The notes under the pieces are model-generated. The model was not told the origin of the DNA. It worked only from the letters and a program-made list of their open reading frames with translations, and did not search any database. Shown here one piece after another: positions 28,373 to 40,820 of a stretch of DNA of 64,000 nucleotides (its first letter is position 1; each line of letters begins with the position of its first letter). The stretch spans positions 128,001 to 192,000 of the forward strand of contig CBDFGR010000002.1 in the NCBI GenBank assembly GCA_965247115.1, read 5' to 3'. The stretch comes from Myxococcota bacterium (GTDB lineage: Bacteria > Myxococcota_A > UBA9160 > SZUA-336). A program made the translations under genes and the position numbers.

Positions 28373-30538
28373 TCAAGATCCTGCCAGCTGCTCCTCGATG
28401 GCGGCCCGACGCGAGAGTCGGATCTTCCCACTCGGATCCACGTCGAGGCACTTGACGATGACCTCGTCTCCCTCGACGCAGATGTCCTCCACGCGCTCGA
28501 CCCGATGGTCGGCCATCTCGGAGATGTGCAGCAGCCCGTCCGTGCCAGGGAATACCTCGACGAAGGCACCAAAGTCGGTCACTCGCTTCACCTTGCCGAA
28601 GTAGAGCTTTCCGACCTCCGCCTCCTGCGTGATCTCCTCGACCATCTGCTGGCATGCCTCGAGCGAGGTCTTGTCCGGCGCAAAGAGCGTACAGCGGCCC
28701 GAGTCCTCGATGTCCACCTTGGCCCCTGTGGATTCCTGGATCCCGCGGATCACCTTGCCACCCGGCCCGATCACGTCGCGAATTCTGTCCGGCTTGACCC
28801 AGAGGATGCTGACCCGGGGTGCGTTCTCCGAGAGCTCCTCGCGCGGCTTGAAGTTCGGCAGCAATGCGGCCGTCTCCCGGGCCATGCAATCCAGGATGTG
28901 CAGTCGGCCCGCGCGCGCCTGCTCGAGCGCGGTCTCCATGACCTCCCAGTTCAGCCCGTCGATCTTGATGTCCATCTGGATCGCGGTGATGCCGTCGCGC
29001 GAGCCCGCCACCTTGAAGTCCATGTCGCCCAGGTGGTCTTCATCGCCAAGGATGTCGGAGAGCACGGCGTTGCGATCGCCGTCCGTGATCAGTCCCATCG
29101 CGATGCCCGCGACGGGTGCGGTGATCTGGATGCCCGCGTCCATCAGCGCCAGGGCGCCCCCGCACACCGATGCCATGGACGAGGATCCGTTGCTCTCCAT
29201 GATCTCGGAAACGACCCGAAGCGTGAAGGGCGACTCCTCCATGTCCGGCAGCACTGCCCGGAGGGCGCGCTCCGCCAGCGCTCCGTGGCCCTGCTCGCGT
29301 CGGTTTGGCGCGCGCAGCGGGCGAACCTCGCCCACACTGTAGGCCGGGAAGTTGTAGTGCAGATAGAAGTTCCTGTAGAAGGTGTCCCGCAAGCCCTCGA
29401 TCATCTGCTCGTCGCGCTTGCCACCGAGCGTGATCGTGACGACAGCCTGAGTCTCTCCGCGCGTGAACACCGCTGAGCCGTGCAAGCGTGGGAAGGCCTG
29501 GACGTGACACTGGATGGGCCGGATCTCGGTCGCCGACCGGCCGTCCAGCCGGGGCTCGCCGGAGAGAATCGCTTCTCGCATCACCTCCGAGCGGAGATCG
29601 TGAAGGATCTCCTTGACATCGGACGCGAGCTCCTTCGCGCCATGCTGGGCCTCCTCCACCTCGGCCAGGGTGCTGAGCGTGCGCGTCTGATTCTTGTAGT
29701 CGGAGAGGAACTTCGGGAGGACCTCACCATCGATCTCGTTCAGTGCGCGGTAGCGCGCGTGCTTTTCGGGAGTACGACTCGCGACCACGATGCGCTCGCG
29801 TGCGAGCGCGTCGATCTGCGAGACGAGGTCCGGATCCGGCTTCTTGGAAGCGACCACGCGCTTCGTCTTCCCTGCCCGACGGACGAGCTCGCCCTGAGCA
29901 TCGAGGAGCGGCTGCATCTGCTCGTGTCCGAACCGGAGCGCCTGCAGCATGTCGGCCTCGGAGACCTCTCTTGCGCCGCCCTCGACCATCACGATGGAAT
30001 CCCGGGTGCCCGCGATGATCACGTTGATATCGGTCCCGTCCATCTCGTCAAAGGAACCGTTGGCGACGAGCTGACCGTCGACACGCACCACACGCACCGC
30101 GGCGATCGGCTCGGGGAAGGGGATGTCCGAAAGTGCGACTGCCGCAGACGCGCCGACGAAAGCCAGCATGTCCGTGTCGTAGCCGGGCTCGGCCGACAGT
30201 ACGGTCGCGGTCACCTGGGTCTCGTCTCGATACCCGTCAGGAAAGAGGGGACGCAGCGACCGATCGATGAAGCGCGAGGTGAGAACCTCCTTCTCGGTCA
30301 AGCCTCGCTCTCGTTTGAAGAAGCCTCCCGGAATCTTGCCGGAGGCATAGATCCGCTCGAGGTAGTCGACCGTCAGCGGGAAGAAGTCGATGCCCTCGCG
30401 CGGCCTCGCCCTGTTCGCCGTGACGAGCACGGCCGCCTGCCCACACGACACGATCGCGGCGCCGTTCGATTGCTTTGCAATCCGACCCGTCTCGATCTCG
30501 ATGACCTTCCCATCCACATTACACTCAACCTTGTCCAT
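28373..30538 (-). CDS. pnp: Polyribonucleotide nucleotidyltransferase
   Basis: FFPLTVDY, FTRGETQ, ESNGSSSMAS, GDMDFKVAG, KH and S1 domains. Confidence 0.97.
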   Translation of the reverse strand: MDKVECNVDGKVIEIETGRIAKQSNGAAIVSCGQAAVLVTANRARPREGIDFFPLTVDYLERIYASGKIPGGFFKRERGLTEKEVLTSRFIDRSLRPLFPDGYRDETQVTATVLSAEPGYDTDMLAFVGASAAVALSDIPFPEPIAAVRVVRVDGQLVANGSFDEMDGTDINVIIAGTRDSIVMVEGGAREVSEADMLQALRFGHEQMQPLLDAQGELVRRAGKTKRVVASKKPDPDLVSQIDALARERIVVASRTPEKHARYRALNEIDGEVLPKFLSDYKNQTRTLSTLAEVEEAQHGAKELASDVKEILHDLRSEVMREAILSGEPRLDGRSATEIRPIQCHVQAFPRLHGSAVFTRGETQAVVTITLGGKRDEQMIEGLRDTFYRNFYLHYNFPAYSVGEVRPLRAPNRREQGHGALAERALRAVLPDMEESPFTLRVVSEIMESNGSSSMASVCGGALALMDAGIQITAPVAGIAMGLITDGDRNAVLSDILGDEDHLGDMDFKVAGSRDGITAIQMDIKIDGLNWEVMETALEQARAGRLHILDCMARETAALLPNFKPREELSENAPRVSILWVKPDRIRDVIGPGGKVIRGIQESTGAKVDIEDSGRCTLFAPDKTSLEACQQMVEEITQEAEVGKLYFGKVKRVTDFGAFVEVFPGTDGLLHISEMADHRVERVEDICVEGDEVIVKCLDVDPSGKIRLSRRAAIEEQLAGS

Positions 30539-30603
30539 CTTCGCTCCATCGACCGCTGGCCGACGCTCTTGGGTCGACCGCAGCCTGCGTTGCCGCTTCG
30601 GTA

Positions 30604-30688
30604 CGAGATGTGGGTGGGGGCTAACTAGATGATGCGGAATGAGCGACGTGCGCAGCCTGGCTGTGCACATCGCTCATCCCACATCTCG
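30604..30688 (-). promoter_or_regulatory. Long stem-loop in the pnp leader
   Basis: Nested inverted repeats 30604-30614/30678-30688, 30639-30646/30670-30677, 30648-30657/30659-30668. Confidence 0.55.
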
Positions 30689-30700
30689 CATCCATCATTC

Positions 30701-30728
30701 AAAAGGCCGGCACACCTGGCCGGCCTTT
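30701..30728 (-). terminator. Intrinsic terminator after rpsO
   Basis: aaaggccggc-N7-gccggccttt hairpin ending in a U run on the minus strand. Confidence 0.7.
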
Positions 30729-30740
30729 GCCCCATAAAAT

Positions 30741-31007
30741 CTACCTTCGGATCTCGAGCCTATCGATGAGCTCGCGATAGCGAGCGTCATTCTTGCGCTT
30801 GAGATAGTCGAGCAGCGCGCGCCGCTGGCTAACGAGAAGCAGGAGCCCTCTGCGCGAGTGGTGGTCCTTCCGGTGCACTTTCAGGTGCTCCGTCAGGTAC
30901 TTGATGCGCTCCGTGAGAAGCGCCACTTGAACCTCGCTCGAGCCTGTGTCCCCGTCGCTGCGCTGATAGTTCTTTACGATTTCTTGCTTGCCTGCGGCGT
31001 CGAGCAA
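30741..31007 (-). CDS. rpsO: 30S ribosomal protein S15
   Basis: [13 protein letters not shown]...[15 protein letters not shown] start with GGGGAAGG RBS. Confidence 0.96.
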   Translation of the reverse strand: MLDAAGKQEIVKNYQRSDGDTGSSEVQVALLTERIKYLTEHLKVHRKDHHSRRGLLLLVSQRRALLDYLKRKNDARYRELIDRLEIRR

Positions 31008-31074
31008 ACCTTCCCCTTTGGAATCGCGCTGTGTATAGCAGAGGCCTATCGCGGCCGCAATCCGCGTCGCACGG

Positions 31075-32010
31075 CTAACTCTCCGTCCCTTCGGGGATTT
31101 CTGCGCTCGACCCGGCCACGCGTGGCGCGGACTTCGTGCCCTCCAGGAAGACTCGAAGGGTGCGGAGCTCGGGAATGCCAAGGCGCGCCTCCGCGAGCGC
31201 CACCAGGCGTCCTTTCCTGACCAGCTGCACCGTGCCCTCCGGCGGGACGCCCTTGACCTCGTGTCGTCCGAGCTGGATCCCGTTTCCGACGCGGCGACAC
31301 GTTCGGGCGTCCACCTCGTAGGTGGGAAGATCCGTAGCGGCGGCCATGGGGATCACGCGCTGTGCTCCCCACGCCTCCAGGTCATCGAGCGCGAGCGACT
31401 GGTGCAGGTGGAACGGACCGCTCCGGGTACGCACGAGCTGCCACAGGTGCGCTCCTGTGCCAAGCGCCTTGCCCAGATCGTGAGCCACGGAGCGCAAGTA
31501 GGTTCCCGCACTGCAGTCGACCTCGATCGAGACCAGCGGAGGCTCGTAGTCCAGGAGCTCCACCCGCTGAAGCCGGACCCGCCGGGGCTCCAGGTGCACC
31601 GTCTCTCCTCTCCGGGCGCGCCGGTAGGAGGGCTCTCCGTCCTGCTTGACCGCCGAGTAGGGGGGCGGCGTCTGATCGATTTCGCCGCGAAAGCGCTCGA
31701 GCGTCTTCTCGACCACCTCGCGATCGGGCCAGGGACCCGCCATCTCTCCCGTGACCTCGCCCTCGCGGTCGTAGGTCGTCGTCTCGACGCCGAGCCGGAT
31801 CTGGCCGGAGTAGCTCTTCTCGCCGTGAGTGAGCAACCGCGAGAGCTTCGTCGCCTCCCCGAGCGCGATCGGCAACACCCCGGTCGCCATCGGGTCCAGC
31901 GTACCCAGGTGTCCAACCCTGCGCTGCTTTGCCCACTTGCGCACTCGTTGCACCACGTCGTGCGAGGTCAACCCCGCAGGCTTGTTGATTACGAGGAACC
32001 CGTCGATCAC
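31075..32010 (-). CDS. truB: tRNA pseudouridine(55) synthase
   Basis: [36 protein letters not shown]. Confidence 0.95.
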   Translation of the reverse strand: MIDGFLVINKPAGLTSHDVVQRVRKWAKQRRVGHLGTLDPMATGVLPIALGEATKLSRLLTHGEKSYSGQIRLGVETTTYDREGEVTGEMAGPWPDREVVEKTLERFRGEIDQTPPPYSAVKQDGEPSYRRARRGETVHLEPRRVRLQRVELLDYEPPLVSIEVDCSAGTYLRSVAHDLGKALGTGAHLWQLVRTRSGPFHLHQSLALDDLEAWGAQRVIPMAAATDLPTYEVDARTCRRVGNGIQLGRHEVKGVPPEGTVQLVRKGRLVALAEARLGIPELRTLRVFLEGTKSAPRVAGSSAEIPEGTES

Positions 32011-32360
32011 TCTTGCTCCTTCACCGCGCGCTCCCCCTCGACCTCGCGCAAGATCGCCTCCACCCGTTCGGCCTGCTCGAGCGACTCGTCCAGTCGGAAC
32101 TCGAGCTCCGGCACACGTCGTAGCTTGAGCTTCTCGCCGAGGCAACGCCGGATGAAGGGTCCGGCCTTCTCGAAAGCCTGCAACGCTTCCTGCGGGTCTC
32201 CCCGCGTCCAGAAGAAGACCCGGGCCAGGGAAAAGTCGGGAGTCGGCTCGACGCCGGAGAGAGTCACCGCTGCCAGGCGCGGGTCCGAGACGCGCTTGCG
32301 GAGGATCTCCGTCACCCGAGCACGCAGGTCGTGGGCGACTCGTCCGCGCCGGTGATTCAC
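32007..32360 (-). CDS. rbfA: Ribosome-binding factor A
   Basis: SDPRL, LKLRRVPELEFRLDES; infB-truB context. Confidence 0.92.
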   Translation of the reverse strand: MNHRRGRVAHDLRARVTEILRKRVSDPRLAAVTLSGVEPTPDFSLARVFFWTRGDPQEALQAFEKAGPFIRRCLGEKLKLRRVPELEFRLDESLEQAERVEAILREVEGERAVKEQE

Positions 32361-32704
32361 TCCGCGCCCCATTCCGCCGGAGTCGGGTCCTCCGGCAGCT
32401 CGATCTCCTCGAGCTCGTCCAGCCGCACGACGGCAACGTCATCCGCCACCACCTCCGCGAGGCCCAAGCTCTCCACGTACCGAATCGCCTTCTCCATCTG
32501 ACTGCGCAGGTGCTGCGGATCTACACCCACCATGACGCACCCGACACAGACCGAGTGGAGGTCGTCGTGGTCCGCGACCTCGGCGGTCGAGATGTTGAAG
32601 CGCTGGCGCAGCCGGCTCTTGATTGCGTTCGACACCCTGCGCTTGGCTTTGATCGTACCGGCTTCAGGGAGCGCCAGCTCGATTAAGGCAGCCGCGATCC
32701 GCAT
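32357..32704 (-). CDS. DUF503 (YlxP-like) protein
   Basis: IKAKRRV..AIKSRLRQRFNISTAEV; between infB and rbfA. Confidence 0.85.
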   Translation of the reverse strand: MRIAAALIELALPEAGTIKAKRRVSNAIKSRLRQRFNISTAEVADHDDLHSVCVGCVMVGVDPQHLRSQMEKAIRYVESLGLAEVVADDVAVVRLDELEEIELPEDPTPAEWGAE

Positions 32705-32737
32705 GAGGACCTCCGGAGCACTGGCACGAAGCACGCC

Positions 32738-35260
32738 CTACAGCGTGTCGGCAATCTCCTCGATCTCGAAGCTTTCGATCACGTCGCCGACCTTGACGTC
32801 GTTGAAGTTCTCGAGCCTGAGGCCGCACTCCAGCGGCGCCCTGACCTCGCGCACATCGTCCTTGAAGTGCTTGAGGGAGCCGAGTGGCCCGGAGTAGACC
32901 GGCACTGCGTCGCGCAGCACGCGTGCGGAGATGCCACGGCGGATCATGCCATCAGTCACCGCGCAGCCAGCGATCGTACCGATGCGCGGGACCACGAAGA
33001 GCTGGCGGACTTCCGCGCGACCGGCCACGCGCTCCAGCTCCTTCGGCGGGAGCAAGCCCTGCATGAGCTTGGTCGCGTCGTCCAGCACCTCGTAGACGAT
33101 GTCGAAGATGCGAAGCTCCGTTCTTTCCGTCTCCGCGAGCTTGCGCGCCGCCGGCTCCGCCCGCACATGGAAGCCGATGATCACAGCACGCGACGCGGAA
33201 GCTAGCATCACGTCGCTCTCGGTGATCCCCCCGATGCCGCTGTGGAGAATCCGCAGCTTGACTCGATCCGTCGACAGGTTCTCCATTGCCTCGCAGATGG
33301 CTTCCATCGTGCCCCGCACGTCGGCCTTGACGACCACGAGGAGCTCCTTCAGGTCCGAGTCCTCGAGCTGGGCGAAGACGTCTTCTGGCACGAGCGAGAC
33401 GGCTTCGCCGGCAGACATGCCAGCGCGTCTCTCCTCGTCGCGACGATGCTCCGTGATCCGCTTGGCCTCGCGCTCGTTCTTCACGACTGCGAGCTCGTCT
33501 CCCGCCTCTGGTACGGCAGAGAGCCCAATGAGCCGGACTGGTGTCGCCGGAAGCGCCTCCTTCACGGTCTGGCGCTGATCGTCCTCCATGCTGCGAATAC
33601 GACCGGATACGTTGCCGACCGCAATGGCGTCGCCGTGGCGCAGCGTGCCTTCCTGCACCAGGATCGTCGCGATGGGGCCGCGTGCCCGATCGAGCTGCGC
33701 CTCGATCACGATCGCGCGGGCCCGGCCCTTGCGCGACGCCTTGAGCTCCAGAAGCTCCGCCTGCAAGGCGACCATCTCGAGCAGCTTGTCGATGCCCTCG
33801 CCCTTGAGAGCAGAAACCTCGATACAGATCGTGTCGCCACCGAACTCTTCCGCGACGAGCTCGTGCTCGAGGAGGGCCTGCTTGACACGCTGGCTGTCGG
33901 CACCCGGCAGGTCGATCTTGTTGACCGCGACGATGATCGGCACGCCGGCTGCCTTCGCGTGATTGATCGCCTCGACCGTCTGCGGCATCACGCCGTCGTC
34001 GGCGGCAACCACGAGGATGACCACGTCGGTCACCTCCGCGCCGCGGGCGCGCATCTGGGTGAAGGCGGCGTGGCCGGGAGTGTCGATGAAGGTGATCTGA
34101 TGTCCGCCAGCCTGCACCTGGTAGGCACCGATGTGCTGGGTGATCCCGCCGGCCTCCGCGTCCACAACGTTCGTCCGCCGGATCGTGTCGAGTAGCGAGG
34201 TCTTGCCGTGGTCGACGTGCCCCATGACCGTGACAACGGGTGGGCGCGGCTCCAACGAGCCCTCCTGGGGAGCAGGCGTGCTCGCCGCGGCCACGGCCTT
34301 CTCGATCTGGGTCTCTACGTGCTGGACCTCGTAGCCCAGCTCCTCTGCCAGCAGGGACGCGGTTTCCAGATCAATGAGGTCGTCACGCTCGATCTCCGGG
34401 AGGAGTGCAGCGGCCTTGCGCAGTACCTCGCGCACCTTGAGGCCCGTCTGACTCGAGAACTCCTGGAAGCTGATCGAGTTGGCGATTCGCAACACCCTGG
34501 TCTTCGGCGGAGCCGTCGGCAATGCCAGCTTGGGTCGCGTCTTGGTCCGGGAGCGTCGCCCCGACTGAAGGCGCGACTGCTGGTCAACGATCATGCGACG
34601 CCGCTCCAGATGCGCCTGCACGTTGCCGCGCGCCTGCCTCGCGATGCTGTCCTGCTCCTTGAGGGTCTGCCCCTCGAGGACCTGGCGCCGCTGCAGCCCA
34701 TGACCCGTTTCCGGTCGAGACGGCGCCCTTCTCCCGTCGGTCGGGACCGGTGCTTCCGTGGGAACGCTCGGGGTCGGAACCGGCCCCGGCAGCAGCTCGG
34801 ACTCGGAGCTCTGGGCCTCTGCCGCGATGGGCTCTGGCTCGGCTTGAGCTACTGCCGCAGCAAGCGGATCCTCCACCACCACGACCGGTCGGTCCACGTG
34901 CTGGGGGATGACGGTCCCGGGTGAACCCTCCGCGGGCGCTAGCGGATCTGCCACAGGGAGCGCGGGATCGGGAGCCGCTCCCCCGGCCTCTCCGGCGGCA
35001 GGCTCGAGAGCTGCCGCGACCTCCGGCGCTGCCGCCGGCTTCTTGCGGCGACGGCGAATGACTCCCGTCCCGACGCGCTTCGATTCGGTCGGCACCTCGG
35101 GTTTGCTGCCGAACTTCTCGCGCAGTATGTCGACCTGCTCCTCGTCGAGAGAGACCATCGCCGTTCGAAGCTCGATCCCGAGCTCCCCGGCCTTCTCCAG
35201 GAACTCCTCCCGCTCGAGGCCGAACTCCTCAGCAAGCTTGTAGGCTCTGATCTTCGCCAT
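32738..35260 (-). CDS. infB: Translation initiation factor IF-2
   Basis: [32 protein letters not shown]. Confidence 0.98.
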   Translation of the reverse strand: MAKIRAYKLAEEFGLEREEFLEKAGELGIELRTAMVSLDEEQVDILREKFGSKPEVPTESKRVGTGVIRRRRKKPAAAPEVAAALEPAAGEAGGAAPDPALPVADPLAPAEGSPGTVIPQHVDRPVVVVEDPLAAAVAQAEPEPIAAEAQSSESELLPGPVPTPSVPTEAPVPTDGRRAPSRPETGHGLQRRQVLEGQTLKEQDSIARQARGNVQAHLERRRMIVDQQSRLQSGRRSRTKTRPKLALPTAPPKTRVLRIANSISFQEFSSQTGLKVREVLRKAAALLPEIERDDLIDLETASLLAEELGYEVQHVETQIEKAVAAASTPAPQEGSLEPRPPVVTVMGHVDHGKTSLLDTIRRTNVVDAEAGGITQHIGAYQVQAGGHQITFIDTPGHAAFTQMRARGAEVTDVVILVVAADDGVMPQTVEAINHAKAAGVPIIVAVNKIDLPGADSQRVKQALLEHELVAEEFGGDTICIEVSALKGEGIDKLLEMVALQAELLELKASRKGRARAIVIEAQLDRARGPIATILVQEGTLRHGDAIAVGNVSGRIRSMEDDQRQTVKEALPATPVRLIGLSAVPEAGDELAVVKNEREAKRITEHRRDEERRAGMSAGEAVSLVPEDVFAQLEDSDLKELLVVVKADVRGTMEAICEAMENLSTDRVKLRILHSGIGGITESDVMLASASRAVIIGFHVRAEPAARKLAETERTELRIFDIVYEVLDDATKLMQGLLPPKELERVAGRAEVRQLFVVPRIGTIAGCAVTDGMIRRGISARVLRDAVPVYSGPLGSLKHFKDDVREVRAPLECGLRLENFNDVKVGDVIESFEIEEIADTL

Positions 35261-35290
35261 GCTCGCGCCTCGCGGTGGCAGCCAGATCGG

Positions 35291-36679
35291 CTAGCCGCCC
35301 GGAGGTCCGTCCTCCGTAGTCGCTGCGGTGGGCGCAGGCGTGGGTGCAGGCGTCGAGCGGGGGGTCGTCCCCGCGACGCCCTCCTCCTGGGCTCGCGCGG
35401 CCTCTTCCTCTGCTGCCGCAGCCGCCGCCGCGGCGGCCTCGAGCTTCTCGACGTTGAGCTTCTGCGCCTCCTCCTTTACCGCTCCGGCGCCCTCTTCCGA
35501 GATCCCCGGAATGGAGGTCAGGAGGTCGACCTCTGCCGCGGCCAGCTCCTCGAGGCTCGCGATGCCGTTGTCCATCAGCACCTTCGCCTCGTACTCTCCG
35601 GCCCCTTCCACGACTCCCAGTGCGCGCGCAAGGTCCTGCTCGACCTCACGCATGTAGGACTCGCTCTTGATGTCGATCTTCCAGCGCGTCAGCTGGACGG
35701 CCAGGCGAACATTGCCGCCCTTCTTGCCGATCGCGAGGGAGAGCTGGTCGTCCGGAACCACCACGTCCATCGCGCGGTTCTCGTCGTCGACCATCACCCG
35801 GACGACCTGTGCGGGCGAAAGCGCCGAGACGACATACTTCACAGAATCGGTGCTGTACGGGACGATGTCGATCTTCTCTCCACGCAGCTCCTGCACGACG
35901 GCCTGTACCCGGCTCCCGCGCATGCCCACGCAGGCCCCCACCGGGTCGACGTCCTTGTCCTTCGACACCACCGCAATCTTCGCGCGCGCTCCGGGCTCGC
36001 GCGCCGCCGTCTCGATGCTGACGATCTTCTCGTAGATCTCGGGCACTTCCTGCTCGAAGAGCTTGCTCAGAAACTCGGTGCAGGAGCGCGAGAGCACGAT
36101 CTGCGGACCCTTCGACTCGCGTAGCACGTCGAGGACATAGGCCCGGATCCTCTCGTTGATCCGGAACATTTCGCGCGGCACCTGCTCCTTGCGCGGTACG
36201 ATCGCCTCGGCGCGACCGAGATCGACGATCAGGTTTCCCTTCTCGATACGCCGCACGATGCCGTGTGCGATCTCGCCTTTTCGGTCCTTGTACTCGTCGT
36301 ACACCATCTCGCGTTCGGCGCCGCGCACCTCCTGGATGATCACCTGTTTGGCAGTCTGCGCTGCGATCCGTCCGAACTCCGCGGTGTCGAGCTTGACGCC
36401 GATCTGGTCGTCGAGCTCCACCTCGGGGTCGTGTACGCGCGCGTCCTCGACGGAGATCTCCCCATCCTGCTGGGGTGTACTTGCGACGACGGTCTTGAAC
36501 TCGAAGAGCTCGATCTCACCAGACTCGATGTTGAACTGCGCCTCAATCTCGCGCTCGGCGCCGTACTTGCGACGCGCCGCGGTGACCAGAGCCTTCTCGA
36601 GCGTGTCGATCACCACCTCACGGCTGATTCCCTTGTCCTTTACGACCTGATCGATGATGCGGCTAAGATCGAGCTCCAT
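35291..36679 (-). CDS. nusA: Transcription termination factor NusA
   Basis: FGRIAAQTAKQVI, DPVGACVGMRGSRV, LSLAIGKKGGNVRLA. Confidence 0.97.
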   Translation of the reverse strand: MELDLSRIIDQVVKDKGISREVVIDTLEKALVTAARRKYGAEREIEAQFNIESGEIELFEFKTVVASTPQQDGEISVEDARVHDPEVELDDQIGVKLDTAEFGRIAAQTAKQVIIQEVRGAEREMVYDEYKDRKGEIAHGIVRRIEKGNLIVDLGRAEAIVPRKEQVPREMFRINERIRAYVLDVLRESKGPQIVLSRSCTEFLSKLFEQEVPEIYEKIVSIETAAREPGARAKIAVVSKDKDVDPVGACVGMRGSRVQAVVQELRGEKIDIVPYSTDSVKYVVSALSPAQVVRVMVDDENRAMDVVVPDDQLSLAIGKKGGNVRLAVQLTRWKIDIKSESYMREVEQDLARALGVVEGAGEYEAKVLMDNGIASLEELAAAEVDLLTSIPGISEEGAGAVKEEAQKLNVEKLEAAAAAAAAAEEEAARAQEEGVAGTTPRSTPAPTPAPTAATTEDGPPGG

Positions 36680-36681
36680 GC

Positions 36682-37173
36682 TTATCCTTTCGCCCGCGCT
36701 TTCGAGTCCTGTGGATAGAACGCCGTCGCTCGCTTGACCTGGTCGAAGGGAATCGAGAAGTCGCCGGCCTCGGTGCGCAGGCTTGCCTCGCCACGCTCGA
36801 ACGCCCTGAGCTCGCCTCGAAACCGCCTGCGCCCCGCCACGGGGGCCCGTGTCTCGAGCCTGAGCTCGCGCCCCACGACGCGCTCGAAGTCCACCTCACG
36901 GCCCAACGTCCGGTCGACCCCGGGGGAGCTCACCTCGAGCGTGTAGGAGCTCGCCATCAGACCCTCCGCATCGAGTCCGTGGCCGACCTCGCGCGACACA
37001 GCGGCACACTCGTCCACGGTCACCCGCCCGTCCCCGGACGGCGTGTCGAGCACGATCAGCAGTCGCGCACTCCCGCGACCCTGCTTGAGGCTCGCGTCCA
37101 CGAGCTCGAGGCCGTTCGCGGTCACGACCGGCTCGACGACCCGCAGGAGATCTGGCGGGATATCTCGGTACAT
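36682..37173 (-). CDS. rimP: Ribosome maturation factor RimP
   Basis: VTVDECAAVSR, YTLEVSSPGVDR. Confidence 0.93.
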   Translation of the reverse strand: MYRDIPPDLLRVVEPVVTANGLELVDASLKQGRGSARLLIVLDTPSGDGRVTVDECAAVSREVGHGLDAEGLMASSYTLEVSSPGVDRTLGREVDFERVVGRELRLETRAPVAGRRRFRGELRAFERGEASLRTEAGDFSIPFDQVKRATAFYPQDSKARAKG

Positions 37174-37228
37174 CGATGGATGGCTTCGCTCCTCTCTTTT
37201 TCCCACTTCGGGAACAGCCGGAAAGCAC

Positions 37229-37257
37229 AAAAAAAAAGCGGACGGGCTGCCCACTTT
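37229..37257 (-). promoter_or_regulatory. rimP leader terminator/attenuator
   Basis: AAAGTGGGC...GTCCGC hairpin followed by a long U run upstream of rimP. Confidence 0.65.
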
Positions 37258-37360
37258 CCACGAGTTCCCAGGTCGACTCGACGAGGCCAGAGGTATCAAA
37301 ATCCGCCCCGACTAGCAACTCTAGGTGCTTGATTCTAAGGGCGAATTGTCGCGCGGCCGG

Positions 37361-38284
37361 TCAGGCCGGGAAGCTCTCGAGAGCCCCCACCAGCTCACTG
37401 GCGCGCGAGATGCCGTGCTGGCGACAATAGGCGTCGAGGCCGTCGCGGACGTCGAGAGCGGCGCGCGGATTCGTGTAGGTGAGCGTTCCGACCTGAACCG
37501 CCGAGGCGCCGCAGAGCAGGAAGGCGACGGCATCCTCGCCGCTGGAGATTCCACCGATGCCGCAGATCGGGATCTGCACCGCCTGAGCCACCTGATACAC
37601 CATCCGGAGTGCGATGGGCAGGATCGCGGGCCCCGACAGCCCTCCCAGCGTATTCCGAAGGGTCGGCCGACGGGTGTGCACGTCGACCGCCATGGCCTGG
37701 ACGGCATTGATCAGCGAGACCCCATCCGCGCCCTCGTCCTGGCAGACTCGGGCCATCTCCGCGATCGAGGTGACGTTCGGCGAGAGCTTCACCAGCAGGG
37801 GCAGGCGGCTCGCGCCGCGGCAGGCCCGCACCAGCGCGCCAAGCGTTGCGGGGTCTTGCCCGAACTCGATCCCGCCGGACTTCACGTGCGGGCAGCTTGC
37901 ATTGATCTCCAACGCGCGCACTCCGGGCGCGTCGTCGAGTCGCTTGCACACTTCTGCGTAGCGCTCGATCTCCGTCTCGAAGCAACTCGCAATCACGACC
38001 AGCTCTGGGGGAAGTGCGGGAAGCCTGTCACGCAGGAAGGCGTCGACGCCAATGTTCTCGAGGCTGATCGCGTTCAGCATGCCGGCCGGGGTCTCGGTGA
38101 TCCTCGGCGGCTCGTTCCCCTCCCGGGGTTCGAGGGTCAGCGATTTCGCCACGATGCCGCCGAGCTCGGTCAGGTCGAGGAAGGGCTCGAGCTCGGCGCC
38201 GTAGCCGCAGGTTCCGCTCGCCAGGAGAACGGGATTGGCGAGCTCCACACCCGCCAGGGTCGTGCGCAGATCCGCTTCGCTCAC
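37361..38284 (-). CDS. pyrD: Dihydroorotate dehydrogenase 1B, catalytic subunit
   Basis: NPVLLASGT, INASCPHV, VKLSPNV, GGLSGPAI. Confidence 0.93.
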   Translation of the reverse strand: MSEADLRTTLAGVELANPVLLASGTCGYGAELEPFLDLTELGGIVAKSLTLEPREGNEPPRITETPAGMLNAISLENIGVDAFLRDRLPALPPELVVIASCFETEIERYAEVCKRLDDAPGVRALEINASCPHVKSGGIEFGQDPATLGALVRACRGASRLPLLVKLSPNVTSIAEMARVCQDEGADGVSLINAVQAMAVDVHTRRPTLRNTLGGLSGPAILPIALRMVYQVAQAVQIPICGIGGISSGEDAVAFLLCGASAVQVGTLTYTNPRAALDVRDGLDAYCRQHGISRASELVGALESFPA

Positions 38285-39018
38285 GCGGCGCTACTCCAGT
38301 CCAGCTGCGCGGCCTCGAAGACCGGGCCGTGGCTGCAGATGTAGCGAAAGCCTTGTCTGGTCCTGACGGCGCAGCCGAGACAGACGCCGAAGCCACAGGC
38401 CATGTGGCTCTCCAGCGAGACCTGGCAGCGGGCGCCCGTCGCGACGGCGAGATCGTGGACGCCGCGCAGCATCGGGAGGGGGCCGCAGGCCAGGACCTCG
38501 TGCTCGGCCCGGATCTCCAGCAGCTCGGTCACGAGCCCGGCGCTACCCATGGATCCGTCCTCGGTCGCCAGCCGCAGCTCCACGGGCAGGGCTCGGAAAT
38601 CGTCCAGGCCGAGGAGCTCGGCCTCCGTCGCGGCGCCGAGGGCGACGACGCTTCCCGCGGGGACCGAGCAGGCGAGCTCGTAGAGCGAGGCAATGCCCGT
38701 CCCCCCGCCCACCAGAACGGGAGCTCCGGTCGGCGTCTCGAAGCCGTTCCCGAGCGGCCCCAATACACCGATCGGTGCCCCTGCACGGAGCTCGGCAAAC
38801 AACGCCGTGCCACGTCCCACGATCTTGAAGCGAAACTCGAGGTTTTCGCCGGAACAGCGGTAAATTGCCATCGGACGCGGTAGCAACGGATCCCGCTGCA
38901 GGCCTTCGGGATCGAGCTGCAGCATGGCGAACTGGCCGGGTCGCTGGCCTGGCCAGCCCCGCACCCGCAGGGCGAGCTCGTGCGGGCCCGCGTGCAGCAC
39001 CCGTCCGATGGCCCGCAT
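38281..39018 (-). CDS. pyrK: Dihydroorotate dehydrogenase electron transfer subunit
   Basis: PGQF, GPLGNGF, GGGTGIA, ACGP, MACGFGVCLGC...C..GPVF. Confidence 0.9.
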   Translation of the reverse strand: MRAIGRVLHAGPHELALRVRGWPGQRPGQFAMLQLDPEGLQRDPLLPRPMAIYRCSGENLEFRFKIVGRGTALFAELRAGAPIGVLGPLGNGFETPTGAPVLVGGGTGIASLYELACSVPAGSVVALGAATEAELLGLDDFRALPVELRLATEDGSMGSAGLVTELLEIRAEHEVLACGPLPMLRGVHDLAVATGARCQVSLESHMACGFGVCLGCAVRTRQGFRYICSHGPVFEAAQLDWSSAA

Positions 39019-39447
39019 CACAGCGCAGCGCCCATGAGCAAAGCATCCTCCCCATCCGCGTAAAAGCCCGGACGCTGGCCCTGGATCGCGAAACCGAGGC
39101 GTTCGTACAGAGCCAGGGCACTCGCGTTGGACGAACGGACCTCGAGTGTTGCCGTCCTCACGCCCTCCTCGCGTGCCCGAGCGAGGTAGTCGCCGAGCAA
39201 GTGAGTGCCGAGCCCACGCCCCTGCCACTCAGGCTCTACGGCAACCAGCAGAACCTGGCTCTCCCCCAGTACGCGTCGCCCCAGGACGAAGCCCCGCACG
39301 CGCCCTCCGACCTCGCGGGCCGTCACCGCATGGCAGCCATCCTGCTCGAGCGCCTCGCGGAGCCCGACTTCGGACCACGGCTCCGCGAGAGTTCGGGCCG
39401 CGACACGCGCCAGGTCCTGCGCGTCCGCTGAACCCGCCAGCGAGAGC

Positions 39448-39458
<11 letters not shown>
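39018..39458 (-). CDS. rimI: Ribosomal protein alanine N-acetyltransferase (GNAT)
   Basis: AVEPEWQGRGLG, LEVRSSNASALALYERLGF, R.GFYADGEDALLM. Confidence 0.85.
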
Positions 39459-40815
<1,357 letters not shown>

Positions 40816-40820
40816 CGCGC

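Noticed and set aside
24254..28604. Long antisense ORFs (e.g. 24254-26524, 27144-28604, also 51022-52833, 42133-44343)
   Set aside because: Shadow frames of well-supported genes, expected in high-GC DNA
35261..35290. Missing ylxR/L7Ae gene between nusA and infB
   Set aside because: Real absence, but common across bacterial lineages
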